A DNA stretch of 52,713 nt, counting the filler, from Trypethelium eluteriae (Eukaryota), in NCBI GenBank assembly GCA_051942245.1. It is 3 parts of 3 records of this genome, joined end to end, with 100 filler letters (N's around TTAATTAATTAA, not from the genome) between each part and the next. Parts side by side here need not be neighbours in the genome. Positions count along the whole stretch, not along the records: positions 35,225 to 52,713 come from JAVECL010000588.1; 2 more parts are not named here. One strand, 5' to 3'. The notes beneath the pieces are model-generated. The model was given only the letters and a program-made list of their open reading frames with translations. It was not told where the DNA came from and did not search any database. A program made the translations under genes and the position numbers. Position 1 is the stretch's first letter. Every line of letters begins with the position of its first letter. Positions 35,620 to 48,430 of this stretch are shown here, one piece after another.

Positions 35620-36326
35620 CTACTTTGACCCCTGCTCTCTCCACTGCTGCAACTCCTCCTCACTAATGTGCCTCAACTTGTTCACCTCCGGCGCCTGCCC
35701 GGTCGCCACCCCCTTCGCAAACTCGACAAACCCGCCCACCGCCGTTCGTCGAGCAATGGCGTACTGTGCTGTCTTTGCATTGACCTTGATCACCAAGATC
35801 CTTGGATCCTCGGGCCCACCATCGTGCTTTCCGTCGCCCAAATCGCCAATCCAGGCTTTAAGGGCTGTAGAGTAGTATTTCTTTACGACAGAGCGGTCTG
35901 TAATGAGGGACGCCCGCCCGGAGATGGACGCCCATTCTCCCGATGGGTTTAGGAAAGCGAGGTTAATGTCTGGGTCCGATTCGAGATCATCGGTCTTTCC
36001 GGATTCGGAGTTGGCGTGGAAGAGGAGGTCGACACCGTTGCCTTCCTGTTAAAGCCGAGTAAGCTTGGGATTGAGAGGGGCAGGAAGAGGAAAAGGAAGA
36101 GCCTTTGGCGGTAACGGGAGAAAGCATTTACCTTAGCGGCGAGAGCCATGCAGCGAGAGACAAGCAGGCCGTTGCTGGCTATCCGAGTAGTCATCATGCA
36201 GAACTTGCTTTTCTCGACGAAGTCGACTAGGTCATCAACCTTGTCTTTGAGAGAGGGGTCCTGGAGGTTCTTTTGGGTGTAGGGATCGGCGGGCTTATCA
36301 CCTGTATCTGTGTTGCTGAAAGACAT
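35620..36326 (-). CDS. bli-3: BLI-3 blue-light-inducible protein (pyridoxamine 5'-phosphate oxidase-like FMN-binding fold), 2 exons
   Basis: MSFSNTDTGDKPADPY, FCMMTTR, LVSRCMALAAK|EGNGVDLLFH, SGKTDDL, SGEWASISG, WIGDLGDGKHDGGPEDPRI. Confidence 0.9.
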
Positions 36327-36965
36327 TTTGTCGTTTCTACTGCTTAGAAGCCTCCTTGATTGACAAGGTAATGTAGTCGGAAGTAGAGAAACCGGTCTGA
36401 AGGTACTACCAAGCGTAAGCGGGGTCCTTTGGTGCCGTGTGCAAGAACGCAAGCAACCTCTCTGCAGTAGAGTTCTAGAATGCATAGAGTGTGAAATAGG
36501 AGGTGAAACGGAGACTTACTTCCTATATGCTTTGAAGAGGTTGTTGGTGCAATCTCGTCTCCAAGAGAAAGATGTCAATATGTGGTTAAGCAGGGGAGGG
36601 GCAGCGTGAGAATGACGTCGACAGTCGAAAAGTGGATTCCGGCATGCGAATCGATCGAGCTCAGCACGTAATCTTGATCATAAGTCTACGGGGTTAGCTC
36701 CAATAGATCGTGCCTATCTTGTGCGCCAAAGCTCCTGCTTCTACCATATCATAGATTTTAAGAAAATGAAGTATTCTGCTCACCGCCGGTACAGCTGAAA
36801 GATCTAAACCATCATCTCATGTGGCTAACCTCATTTGCCTATGCATCATTATTGAGATAGGGTAATTTTCAAAGCATCCATTTGATTCTAGTAGCTATTT
36901 TACATTCTCGTCATTTCTCGTGCATCATCCTCTTTTGCCACTGATTACATCCAGGCAACCCCCAG

Positions 36966-39109
36966 TCACTTTTTCACCCATCCAGGAACATCGTCATCCA
37001 TCCTCGCGCAGAAAGCCTCCCATGGAGTAGGAAATCCTGCCTCCAGTGCACCTTTCTTAACGGCGCCCTGGATGGCAAACTTCTGTTGACGGTGGCTGAG
37101 GAAGCCATTAAGAAATCCTTGGGCGATGAGGCCGCTCATGGTACTCTCGATCTCGAATCCAGTGATCTCTCGTGGCTTGCGGTCTTCGGGATCTACGATA
37201 TCCGCAAACTCCGGATGAACAAAGATCTTTAATGGATCCGGAATTTGACTTCCAGGGACCGAGCTCGTAGTGCGTTGGCCTAGCAGGGGCGCTTGTTGCT
37301 CTTTTGGTACCAGTGCTCTCGATTCCAAGAAGCGCATCACAGTAAGAACATCTGTAAAGTTGAGCGTTGGTGCTTTACGCGCTTCCGCATCACCCGGATC
37401 ACCACATAGAAGGAAGGTCTTTCGAATCAGGGATCTCTGAATCAGCAGCTCGCAGAATGTGCGCAACTGAAGGAAAATGCGATAATGCATGAACCAGGCG
37501 GTGTTTGGATTGTCATAATCGATCGCTTGTCGATAGGCTGTGAGATCTCCCTTTGCGATAGCCTGGCAGATGGGTTGAAATTTCTCGGCAAGACCTTCAG
37601 CCTCAGGTCGGTTGTAGAGCTGCTGGGAAGGGAAACGCCCCAAGCACACGCTAGAAGCTATGAGGAAGATGAGGATCAGACGACGATGCTTGATATCCAC
37701 AGCACGACATTGACGATAGGCAGTCTCGAGAGCAAGAAGACCGGGATAGGGTTCCCGCCTGATATACCAGTAGCGTCCGACATAGTACAAGTAGGTGACA
37801 CGCTCGGAGGCTGGGAAGAGTTCCAGAGGAGGCGAGTTTTCTTGAATGCTGGCGATGATTGTCTCTGCACCTTTGATCTTGTGACAGTTGAAGAGAATCT
37901 TAAGGCAGATATTGGCGATGGCATAGATTCCTGTTTGCTTGCCCTCAGGTTTGTTGATAGCACGAGACTTGTCCTTGAGGCATAGTACGAGAGCCTGTCG
38001 CATAACGTTTGCCGCCTTCTCCGGCAGTGTCTCTCGTGCACCTTCCCCTTCCGTTGTCCTTGGCTGTTCGTGCGCGATGAGCTCCGGCTGCTTCTCCAAG
38101 CCCGTAGCGAGTCTTGCAAAAACCCGCGAGTATGCAATGACTGTTGGCAGAATTAGGACGCCCATGGACGTATGTTTGAGAGCGCTGTTGCACTTCCTTT
38201 GGTTTCAGTTAGCATTTGTTGGAGAGGACGTGGGACATCGCGGACGTACGAGACCAAGTTACTCAACAGGCGATACGTGTGAAGGAGACTCTCAATATCC
38301 ACGTCACGCAAGAAGCCGAAATAAGTGATCATGACCGTAATGAATGCAGTCCAAGGTGAGCCATCCAAACCGTCGCGTGCTTCAGGTAGAGCTGCTTTGA
38401 GCTTGTTCTCCAACGCATGTGCGTTATCCTTTGCATAGTGTTGCTTGATCTCACCGATCAAAGCTTCGTAGGCTGCAGGGTAAGGTGGTTCGATGAGCAA
38501 ATAGCTCGCAATCTTGACGCCATTTCGTTCACGTAGTAAGGCAGAAATCTCTTGCAGGAACTGGTCGAGGGAAGGAGTAGAGATAGTTGGCATCAAAGGT
38601 TCTGACTTCGGATCGGCGGCATCCGTAGGCGCGTTCTCCGTACGTGAGTCAGGTAGAGGATTTTCTTGGGCTCGAAGCGATGTTTTTTCGTTAACAACAG
38701 CGGAGCTCAGGGGATCTCTGGCGCGCTCAAGGGCGTTCGCGCTTGGTGAATATGGGTCGCTGGTGCTTTCACTGATGACGTGTAAGTATAAATCATGAAG
38801 CAAGTCCTTATCTAATTTTGGCGGGCCCGACCTGTCCAAAACATTGAGAAGTTCTTGAACGAAGGGTGGGAGCCGGTCGAAGGCGGGATGATTCGAAGTC
38901 TGGGAGCTGTTGGATCGAGTTACACTGACGTCTCTAGCGGCGCTGCTGCCATTTCCAGCATCTCGAGAGCGGAAACGCGATTGGCTGGGCTCGGACTGGA
39001 AGTCGCGCGACTGGGGCTGGGTGGGCCCGGCGTCATCGCGTCCCTGTCGATCTCCCCTGCGCCCTCTGCCGTCTCCACCGCGCTTGCCTCGCTTTCTGTT
39101 TCTGGCCAT
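36966..39109 (-). CDS. PCI-domain protein, CSN12/PCID2(Thp1)-like, 2 exons (intron ~38249-38197); start may be 39109 or an internal MPTIST
   Basis: GIYAIANICLKILF, SPPLELFPASERVTYLYYVGRY, HRRLILIFLIASSVCLGRFP, C-terminal winged helix LIAQGFLNGFLSH. Confidence 0.85.
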
Positions 39110-39458
39110 GACTCGAGATCACGAAGTGGTGATGGGCTTTGAGACATGGAGTTCAGCTTCGGTTGTATCGTGATGGTGAAGTGAAAGTAAAGTTGTCACA
39201 AAGAAAAGCTTTTTATTTCCTTCACTTCACTTAGTGCGCGCTCTTTCACTATTGCTGCACACAGGTACAGACTACACACTCGCACGCAAACAAAAGACCC
39301 CACCATTGATTCAAATATGACGTAGATCCACAACTCTCTTCCCTAGCTCTCAATCACCATCGTGTTTTGCCTTCGAGCTCCCAGTTGTTTTCCTCCTGCG
39401 TCTCCGATTGTCTTAAAAAAAAAAAAAAAAAAAAGACTGCCATTCAGCTCAGATTCCA

Positions 39459-41057
39459 ATGGCACTCTCAGTGGAGGGACTCCTCCGACAAGTTATTCAC
39501 AGCCCAATTCTTTTCATATACCAAATCATCCAGCTTCTCATCAACAAGCTTCTGGCGCCTACCCCTCCTCCTCCTACGGCTGAATTGAGCCGACCCAAGA
39601 TTGCCATAATTGGTGCTGGCTTGAGCGGTATTTCATCCGCTTCTCACGTCGTAGGACATGGTTTCGACTGTACTATTTTCGAAGCAGGAGATCGCAATGC
39701 TTTGGGCGGGATATGGAGTGTAAGCTTTCTCAAATGCTCTGTCTCACTTCGCTCCCTATCTAATATCCCAATCCAGAAAGTCAACAACACCTCCGGCCTT
39801 CAAATCCACAGTGTCATGTATCGCTTCCATCCCTCCGTGAAATGGAGCAAAGGATACCCCGACCGCCAACAAATCGTCAGCCAAATCACCCAATTGTGGG
39901 AGCGTTACGGACTACAAGAGAAAACAAAGTTTGAAACCCGAGTTACCCGAGTCTACAAAGATATCCAAGGACGTTGGATCATCAACGACCCTTCCAACGG
40001 CCGCTTCGACGGCGTCATCGCCACCGTTGGAACCTGCGGCGACCCCAAAATCCCTCATATCCCCAACCAGGAAAAGTTCAAAGGCCAAATCGTCCACTCC
40101 TCGCGACTCGACGGCGTCAACGCCGAGAACAAGCGCGTCCTCGTCATCGGCGGCGGTGCCTCCGCCATCGAAGCCCTCGAATTCGTCGCCCACGCCTCCC
40201 CCTCCGCCCAGCACACCTCCGTACTCGCACGCTCCGAGAAATGGATCATCCCACGCAATCCGCTCATCGACATGCTCCTCGCGCTCAACGTCCTCGGCGA
40301 GGAAACCCTCTTCTCCTGGATCCCCGAGCAGCTGCTGCGCCTCCTCTTCTACCGCGACCTCGCAGACATGGCTCCGCCCCGGGGCTCCTCCACGGGTCTC
40401 TTCACCGAGACGCCCATGGTCAACGACGAAGTGATGGATCTTGTGCGCAGCGGCCGGGCGAGCTGGCTCCGCGGCGACATCGTCGGGTTCGAGGAAACTG
40501 GCATCCGCTTCAACCACCGCGCCCAGGGCGTGCCGAAGGGGGGCCCGGGCAGGGAGAAGCTGGTCGAGGGCGACCTCTGTATCCTTGCCACGGGGTATGC
40601 TCGTCCGAGCCTGGGATTCCTGCCTAATGAGTGCTTTGTTCCGCCGTACCAGCCGCCGAATTGGTACTTACAAGTGTTTCCACCGGAACATATGGACATC
40701 TGCGCGAATAACTGCACGTATGTCAATGCCATCGGGACGGTGGGGAATTTGCACATTGGTATCTATACACGCTTTCTGCTTATGTTCCTGGTGGATGCGT
40801 GGGCGCGGCCGAGCGAGAAGTGGATGAAGCGGTGGATTGATATGACGAGGTGGATCAAAGCGCGTGCGCCTGGCGGGGCGTTCGATTTCTTCACCTACTC
40901 GGAGCTGCTATACTGGTTCTTGTTTGTCATTGTGATCAACCCGTTTCGGTGGAAGTGGGCATTGTTCGTGCTCTGTGGGGTGAGCACCGGGTTGCCGTTT
41001 CGGATTGTAAAGGAGGAAGAGAAGATGAGAAATGGGTTAGGGATGAAGCAACGATAG
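39459..41057 (+). CDS. Flavin-containing monooxygenase-like protein (intron 39720-39776)
   Basis: FAD motif IAIIGAGLSG, GGIWS, FKGQIVHSS, NADPH motif VIGGGASA, ILATGY. Confidence 0.9.
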   Translation: MALSVEGLLRQVIHSPILFIYQIIQLLINKLLAPTPPPPTAELSRPKIAIIGAGLSGISSASHVVGHGFDCTIFEAGDRNALGGIWSVSFLKCSVSLRSLSNIPIQKVNNTSGLQIHSVMYRFHPSVKWSKGYPDRQQIVSQITQLWERYGLQEKTKFETRVTRVYKDIQGRWIINDPSNGRFDGVIATVGTCGDPKIPHIPNQEKFKGQIVHSSRLDGVNAENKRVLVIGGGASAIEALEFVAHASPSAQHTSVLARSEKWIIPRNPLIDMLLALNVLGEETLFSWIPEQLLRLLFYRDLADMAPPRGSSTGLFTETPMVNDEVMDLVRSGRASWLRGDIVGFEETGIRFNHRAQGVPKGGPGREKLVEGDLCILATGYARPSLGFLPNECFVPPYQPPNWYLQVFPPEHMDICANNCTYVNAIGTVGNLHIGIYTRFLLMFLVDAWARPSEKWMKRWIDMTRWIKARAPGGAFDFFTYSELLYWFLFVIVINPFRWKWALFVLCGVSTGLPFRIVKEEEKMRNGLGMKQR

Positions 41058-41888
41058 ATGGGCTTGGGACACTCATCTTCAAGATAGATGGAGAAAAGTC
41101 ACACTGAAAAAAGGGATTGCACTGGGACTCAATAGAGAATTATAGGCGCATATGTGAGAGGTTATAGATACATGGATAGATTTCTCTTGCAGCACATTCT
41201 GGCCTCAGAGCAATAGCAGATATTGCTTGCATCCAACAAGACGCTTCAGCTACCCTCTTCTACGAGATCTACGACGCATACCTCAAGAAAGCATTCACAT
41301 AGATATACTTGCTACACACTGTATATATTCCATAATAGAGCATTTTTCTCTAATTCGAACTAGTTACATCGAATCGAACAGGTAAATGACACCCAGCCAG
41401 CAATTCAGCAAGCGGTAAAGTTGCGCCTTGCAGGTCCGAGCAAGAAGGGTATATCTCGAAGTGGATGAGCACGAAAATTATCTTGAATTAATAAGAGGGA
41501 TGAAACTGGTCCATCACAGAAGGCCACCTTGTATCCAAGTTTTGGTAGAAAGCACGAGACTTGCAAATCCATCGTGGTACCGTCGAGGAGATTAAGGAAG
41601 AGGCCAGAGAAGAAACAAGTAGAAGACAGAATATGAGGGGAGCAGAGGGGAAGGTGCATACGTCCCGTGCTTAATTTCGTCGAGATCCCGTTCAACACCG
41701 TTAAAGTAGAAAAAGAGAAAAGAAACAAAAAGGGGAGCAATAGAACTCCCATCCATTTCCTTCTGTTCATTTCCATTCCGATTAGCGATTCCAGTCGTCT
41801 TCATGTAGTTTCCCCAGAGAGACCTGCGACGTCAAGCCGATAGAGTGATAAAGTTCCATATGGTGGTAATCCGTCAAGGATAGATGAA

Positions 41889-43881
41889 CTATCGCGACTG
41901 CCCCGGCACAGGCTTCCTCGATGGAACGGAGGAGATGGAGCCTAGCGAGCCAAGGGAGCTAGTACTCATGTGCGCAAAGGGCATGCGGAACGACGCGGGA
42001 TCCTGATATACCTTTGGCTGCAGATCGGTCACGCTCTTGGAGCGTCGTCGACTTTGCTGGCCTGGCATCGCTGGCTCGTTGCTAGGCGATAGGGACTGTT
42101 GGGGTGGCGCAGCATTAGATTTGGAGCGGGCGCGACCACTGCTGGGGGTAGCACCATCGGCGAACGGGTTGACTGGGGAGTTGCGACCAGAAGTGGGTGT
42201 CAGGGGACGAGGTACCATACTGCTGGGACCGACGGGTGGTCGCATGGGGAGAGGCCCGGTGGGTCGAGGACCGGGCTGCTGACTCGGAGGCCCAGCGGGA
42301 CGAGGCTTGAGCGGCAGTTTTGAGAGACAAGTGCGTGGAGCAACACCTTGTTGGGAACGGTCCATTCGAATGCAAAGGGCCTAACGAGGACATTAGCAAC
42401 AATCGATGTCGTTCGCTAGGGATGCTACTTACCCAGCCATCATCATATTCGTGTAGAATTCTCACTAGTTGGCCAGGGCGAAGCTCAAGTTCATCCTCCA
42501 TAGAAGGCTTGAATTCCATTTGGACACGGTGAACATTGCTTGGTGGTGCCGAAGGTGCAGACAAGCTAGCCGGAACGGCAGCAGCGCCAACAGCAGCGGG
42601 AATGGCTGAAGACGCTGTTGAAGCAGTACCAAGATGAAACTCGGATCCATTCGATGGAGCATCCGAGTGACCAGAATTACCTGCAGAAGAAGCCAAGCTG
42701 GTTTGCGAGTTATTCGATTTGACGCTGAGTGGCTTGGGAACAACATCACTTGAGCGACGATTTCTTGCAGCAGCAGTGCCGGCAGCAGCACCAGCGGCAG
42801 CGGCAACAGGGGCAGCGGCAACGAGAGCAGGAGCACTGGCAGCATGATCTTCAAATGGGTTGACATTCTCCACAACGTCGTTCCGTTCGCCAGGTCGCTC
42901 CCACATGCTTCGGCTCTGTTGCGCAGCGGCGTTGGGGTTCGAGGTCATTTCCAACTTGTTGCCGAAACTCTTGCGCTCTGCACCAGCACCAAGGTTTGGA
43001 GAAAATTGTGTAACAGGACGCAGACTCAACCGTGGTGCAGTTGACGCCGTCCTCACACTTCGGCTGCTTGGAGCGCGCTCGGGGAAGCTGGCAGCTGCCA
43101 TGACTGGCGCTGCCGTCTTCTCGTCATCCTCGAGCCGTTCCTGGGAGTCCCCTTGGCGCCTCTTTCGACGGTACAAGAAGAAAACGCCGCCGGCAATAAG
43201 AGCAACGAGAATAATGATCCCGAATGCTAAGCCAGCCTTGGCACCTCCGGACATCCCACTGGAACTCTTGGGCACCTCGGAAGGCGAGCTGGATACAACG
43301 GGAGCAGTGCTACTGTTGTCGGTGGTAGCGCTTTCGGGAGCCGTGGTTCCCGATGGAGCAATCGAATACGATTCTGGAGCAGACGACGATATAGGAGTGA
43401 CCGTAGCAGTAGAGGGAGAGGTTACAGTGCTTGAGGCGGATCGAGTAAGCCCTGTATTTGACGATAGATGTGCGGATGGTGACGATGATAATGGCGTTGA
43501 TGATGATGGCTGCGCCGTGGATTGCAGTGAGGAGGTGGCTTGAGGTTGTTGAGTGGGCTGATCAGAAGTCCTTGGCTTGGTCGATGATGACTGGGCTTGT
43601 GTAGTTGGCTCTGGCTGGGACGTCGGCTGGGCCGTCGTAGGGGCTGAGAGGGTGCCGTCGTTGATACCATATCCAGAAGGAATTAAGGTCGTATATCCCG
43701 CCACTGGACCTGCAAAGGTCTTTGATGCAGTAACCAGAACGACTGAGACTTTTGTCTCGACTTGGGGATCTCTCTTTTCCAGGACCATGTTCTCCATGTT
43801 TACGACCTGCGGATCCAGGTTGCCCATGCTTAGGTCCAAATTTCGTATATGATTATTATGGGAATGGTGTAGATGCCTCAT
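41889..43881 (-). CDS. Single-pass membrane protein with Ser/Thr-rich ectodomain and cytoplasmic SH3 domain (Fus1-like architecture), 2 exons
   Basis: S/T-rich region, GAKAGLAFGIIILVALIAGGVFFLYRRKRR TM, SH3 VHRVQMEFKPSMEDELELRPGQLVRILHEYDDGW|ALCIRMDRSQQGVAPRTCL. Confidence 0.88.
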
Positions 43882-44858
43882 ATTGAACCGAGTGAATCCG
43901 ATTGAAACTGAATCTGAGGGGATCACGCGCGGTAGAGCGACAGGTAGGCGAGTACAGCGTATGGGCCAGAGGAATGCGGGTCAGCAGTGAATTCACCTAA
44001 GGAATGTGCGCCAAGGTAACAGAGTATCCGGGAGTGTGGATAGGCTCTTGAAGAGAGCAAGAGAATGGCTGCGAACTGGCGTCGATAAGAGAAGGGCGAC
44101 GACCAGACGCGAATGGATGGTAGTGGAAGCGAGTGACGGGCTGCGAGACGCAGAGAAGGTTGTAGAGAAGGTTAGGAAGCACGGGGAGATGGGAGAGGGA
44201 GAGGGTCGCTCGACGGTTCAGCACTGCCAGGTTCAGGCAGATTGACGCGGGTGAGAGCTGGAGCTCGAGCCCCCAGCAAATCCCTGCTTAGCCTGCGTTT
44301 CAGGGGAAACTCGGGCGTCATTGGCCAATCGCGCAAACAATCCAATTTCCAATCTTTCCACTCCTTCCGCCATGCTTCATTTTAAGGTTGCGCCCGCTCG
44401 CTAAGGTAGGTACCTGCCTATCTTTCTATCGTCACAACAACTGAGACAGGATGATGCCATTGCATCTGGATCATCCTTTCTCTCGACAGAAACAACTTTA
44501 AATCCCATCATGCTGGCGGACTCTACATGTAGGTACATGTTGAGCTTCATCAACGACTCTAGTTCTCAACCGGATGCATTCGGGACTCTTATACCCCGAG
44601 TAAACACGCTTAGGCAGAAGTGGGCCGTTTCCGAATTCTGGGCCAGTCATCCGCTGCCATAGCCTTACCAAGCACCCAAGGATGTTGTGCCGCATAACAA
44701 GCATAAACTTAGTTATTCTATTTGTGGACGAACGCTCTGATTGTCGCGAAATTAAAGCCGGTGACAGCAACAATCATCATGTTATGTCGAGGCCGAGCGA
44801 AAACATGTGTTCTTCATGCTCCAACGGACTTCGCGCGTGATTTATCTCAGACCTCTTC

Positions 44859-44936
44859 TACAGTCATGCAAAAAAAAACTGTCCGCTCGCTGGTGCCGCA
44901 AAATCGCTGGGAGCACTTTTGTCCCAGTACTCCGTA
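44859..44936 (+). repeat. Short dispersed repeat, copy 1 (MITE-like remnant)
   Basis: TACAGTCATGCAAAAAAAAACTGTCCGCTCGCTGG...ATCGCTGGG...CACTTTT GTCCCAGTACT, similar to 46751-46837. Confidence 0.6.
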
Positions 44937-45380
44937 CCTATTGTACAGTACTCCGCACTATAAGAGACGGTGCGCGAGATGGATACGATCCGCCAAAACC
45001 CCCGCACAACGTCAAAATTCACGTACCTTACTGAATTTACTATGGAAGTTGCAATTTCACTATTTATTCTTCGATCTAGAGTCTGAATTTGCCGAGATAA
45101 GCGTAGCGCTGTATGTGGTCTCAGCGTGCTGCATCCATTACAGATCAACGTGCTGCAATCCTTCACAGGCAGCGGAAAGCACTGCTCCAAGCGCATCGTC
45201 CCGGAGAGTTGCGGAGGTCCTCAATGACCTCGGAAGCAATACCATACGCATTTCCCTAATTCAGTAATGATCTCGTACAATAGCTGCGTCAAACTAGGTA
45301 TAAAAGCTCAAACTACTACTATTCGCATTCGATATCAGACCTAGCTCTGTAGCCACTCATAACATTGCTATTTCAAAAAC

Positions 45381-46726
45381 ATGACTTCCACTTCTACTCC
45401 TTCCAAACCCTTCGACATCGCCGTCGTTGGTGGGGGCATCGGCGGCGTTGTACTCGCTATAGGCCTCCTTCACAATCATATTCCCTTCACTTTGTACGAA
45501 TCGGCTCATGCCTTTGGCGAGATTGGCGCCGGTGTCTCGTTCGGTCCTAACGCGGTCTGGGCAATGCGTCTTATCGATCCGGCTATAGAAGAGGCTTTTC
45601 ATCGAGTCGCAACCCGCAATTCTTGGGAGTCGAAGAAAGACCTATGGTTCACTTTCCGTTATGGTCAAGACAAAAATGACGGCTCGAATCACGTTGGAGA
45701 CGTCATTACAGACCTTGCTAGCCCTCCAGTTGGCCAATGTGGTGTCTATCGCGCCTCTTACCTTGAAGAACTTGTCAAACTCCTCCCAGAAGGCGTGGCA
45801 CACTTCTCCAAAAGACTAGAAGAGATAGAAGACAATGGCGACTATGTAACACTACATTTCCATGATGGTACCGCGGCAAAACATTCTGCCATTGTGGGCT
45901 GTGACGGTATCAAAAGTCGTACACGACAGATTGTACTGGGAAAGGAAAGCCCGGTCTCGCATCCTCAATACACACATACATATGCTTATCGTGGACTGAT
46001 CCCCATGGGCGAAGCCGTCCAGGTGCTGGGCGAAGAGGAAGCTCGTAACAGTCAACAGTATCTTGGATATGACGGCCATCTTCTCACATTCCCTATTCAG
46101 AAGGGGCGTACCATGAATGGTAAGTCCTCCAACGTTCAACGGCGCACATTCCTCTGACTAGAAAAGTCGTCGCTTTCCGTACTAGGTTCGACCACGAATG
46201 GAAAGATGACCGTTGGGTTGTACCTATGAACAGGGAGGACATGGACCACGACTTCGAGAATTTTGGTGACAGTGTGAAGAAGATCCTCTCCATGATGCAG
46301 AAGCCCGACGTTTGGGCTTTGTTTCATCATTTGCCAGCCCCAACGTACTACAAAGGCCGCATCTGTCTTCTCGGTGACGCAGCCCACGCGACAACCCCTC
46401 ATTGTGGTGCCGGCGCTGGTCAGGCAATCGAAGACGCATACGTACTGAGCAATATCTTGGCCAAGGTAACAGATGTGAGGGACCTTGAAACCGCATTCAG
46501 TGTATATGATGAGGTGAGGAGACCAAGGTCGCAGAGACTGGTTTCCTGTAGTAGGGAAACCGGGAAACTGTATGATTTTGAGCTAGAGGAGACCCAAGAC
46601 GACAAGGAAAGTCTGAAAAGGAACCTCGGCTCACGTTTTAGATGGCTATGGGAGGAGGATGTGGAAAGACATGGTGCTGGGGCGGTTGAGAAATTTGAGC
46701 AGTTGAAAAGCGAGCGGAGAAAATAA
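45381..46726 (+). CDS. FAD-dependent monooxygenase, salicylate hydroxylase-like (intron ~46120-46166)
   Basis: IAVVGGGIGG, FGEIGAGVSFGPNA, IVGCDGIKSRTR, AYRGLIP, ICLLGDAAHATTPHCGAGAGQAIEDA, YDEVRRPR; TATAAAA at ~45299. Confidence 0.93.
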
Positions 46727-46750
46727 GACATGAATATCACGTCATGGACG

Positions 46751-46837
46751 TACAGTCATGCGAAAAAGGTGTCCGCTCGCTAGCGCGTGAAGATTGCTGG
46801 GTCTTGCCCGAACACTTTTATTTGTCCTAGTACTGTA
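46751..46837 (+). mobile_element. Short dispersed repeat, copy 2; candidate degenerate Tc1/mariner-type MITE
   Basis: Begins TACAGT, ends ACTGTA (TA target plus CAGT ends); imperfect inverted arms AAAAAGGTGTCCG / CGAACACTTTTA. Confidence 0.5.
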
Positions 46838-46912
46838 CTGGTCATGAGTATATTTACCCTGTGTTGATCGATACGCTGCGCTCAACCGTTACAGCCACCC
46901 ATTACCAGATCT

Positions 46913-48430
46913 TTAGTCAATGGTATCATCTCGTAGAGTAAATACGTGTTTCAGAACATCGTCCATCTTACTCCGTATACCGTCATGGTATACCGCATTT
47001 GTCACAAAAGTCTTGCAGCCTTTGATCATCGATGCAGTCGCTTGAGAAAGTTCAAAATCCACGTACATATCATTAAGGTACACGGCCGCGTAGACTGGAA
47101 CCTCGTTCTTTTCAAGCTGCTCCGTATTGTAGAGCGCCGGCCAGTCCGAATCCTGGGCAATGAGTTCTGCAGGGCCAGCAAGTTTGCGAAGCTCGGTAAA
47201 GTCCTCAAACATCCACGGGTACACCATTTCGCCGGTGAAGTACACAGGCCCTTCCCGATCAAGGTTTTCAGCGTCGAACTCGGAAAATTTCTCTCGCATT
47301 CTGTGGGCAGACCATCTGGGCGCAATTCCTTCGCAATAGAGTGGCTCATGCAAAAGTGCATAGATCACATTATCATCAAATGAGAGAGCTTTTTCGATTT
47401 GTGATAGTGAAGGTCTGGTCAAATGGCCAAAGATCTCGAGATCATTAGAGGCTCTCAAAACTATCTCATGCACGGAGTCAATTCCAGAATGGAAGCCAAA
47501 GCTAATGCCAAGCTGTTGGAAGCGTCTGGCAGTAAAAGATCCTTCTCCAGGTGTCCTCACAGTGTTGTTACCAAACCTTTGGAGAAGTCGAAGAATTTTC
47601 TTTACCCGGTCGACATCCTCTGGATATTTCTCATAATAGGCTTTGTTGCGCTTTTGTACCCTCTGGTAAAGGCGCGTGTATGCTTCGTCTGGACCATGCC
47701 CAACTGGTGGTAAGCCACCGAATAGGAAAGCCTCGCGGAGGCCTTCGGGGGAAAATGAGAGGTAGGTCGTGATGCAAAATCCACCAAAGCTCTGGCCCAT
47801 CACGCTCCATTTACGCTTCTGTTCTGGATAGTCTGCTGTCAATGCCTGTCGTATGGCTTCACAGTCACGGACAATGTTATCGGCTCGGAAGGACTTCAAA
47901 TAAGAGGCCTGCACAGAATCGTCACCACGAAGGCCCAGAGAGCTGGCAGAGATGGGCGTGCTAAGTCCTGTTCCCCTTTGGTCCAAGAGCAGCACCTGAT
48001 AGCCCTTATCAAGAATGTAATTTGTCCATGGATAATTTTGCGGGGGGCGGCACTCGAAACCGGGTCCGCCTTGTAGATAGACCTGTGCGTAATTAATAGC
48101 AGGACCATAAGCAGGTGTTGGGCAAAACAGTAGCGCTGCTTGGCATCATACCATCCATGGCAACTGCTTCTTCTTCGGATCCTCATCCTCTTGATCTGCA
48201 GGTTTCTCTGCTTTCTTTGCTGAACGGGCAAATAATCTCAGGGTCCCAGCGTCAGGCTTGCCGTAATCACGAGGCACCTCGAAGAAGTGCTCCGTCACTC
48301 GAAGCTTGCCTTGGTTGAAGAGTCAGTCAAGAGTCGGAATTGATCGAGCGACATAAGTTGGCTAATTACCTGGAACAAGGTGGGTCCTTTGTTCAAGAAT
48401 TTTCGCAATTGGAATTGGTGTCCTTGCCAT
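46913..48430 (-). CDS. Proline iminopeptidase-like alpha/beta hydrolase, multi-exon
   Basis: YLQGGPG, LLLDQRGTGLSTP, FRADNIVRDCEAIR, nucleophile GQSFGG, DMYVD, HDGIRS. Confidence 0.92.

Noticed and set aside
39415..39433. Poly(A) run as a retro-element tail
   Set aside because: No target duplication or element body; ordinary homopolymer in a 5' leader
39459..46726. FMO and salicylate hydroxylase as members of the PKS cluster
   Set aside because: On a different contig and interspersed with housekeeping genes
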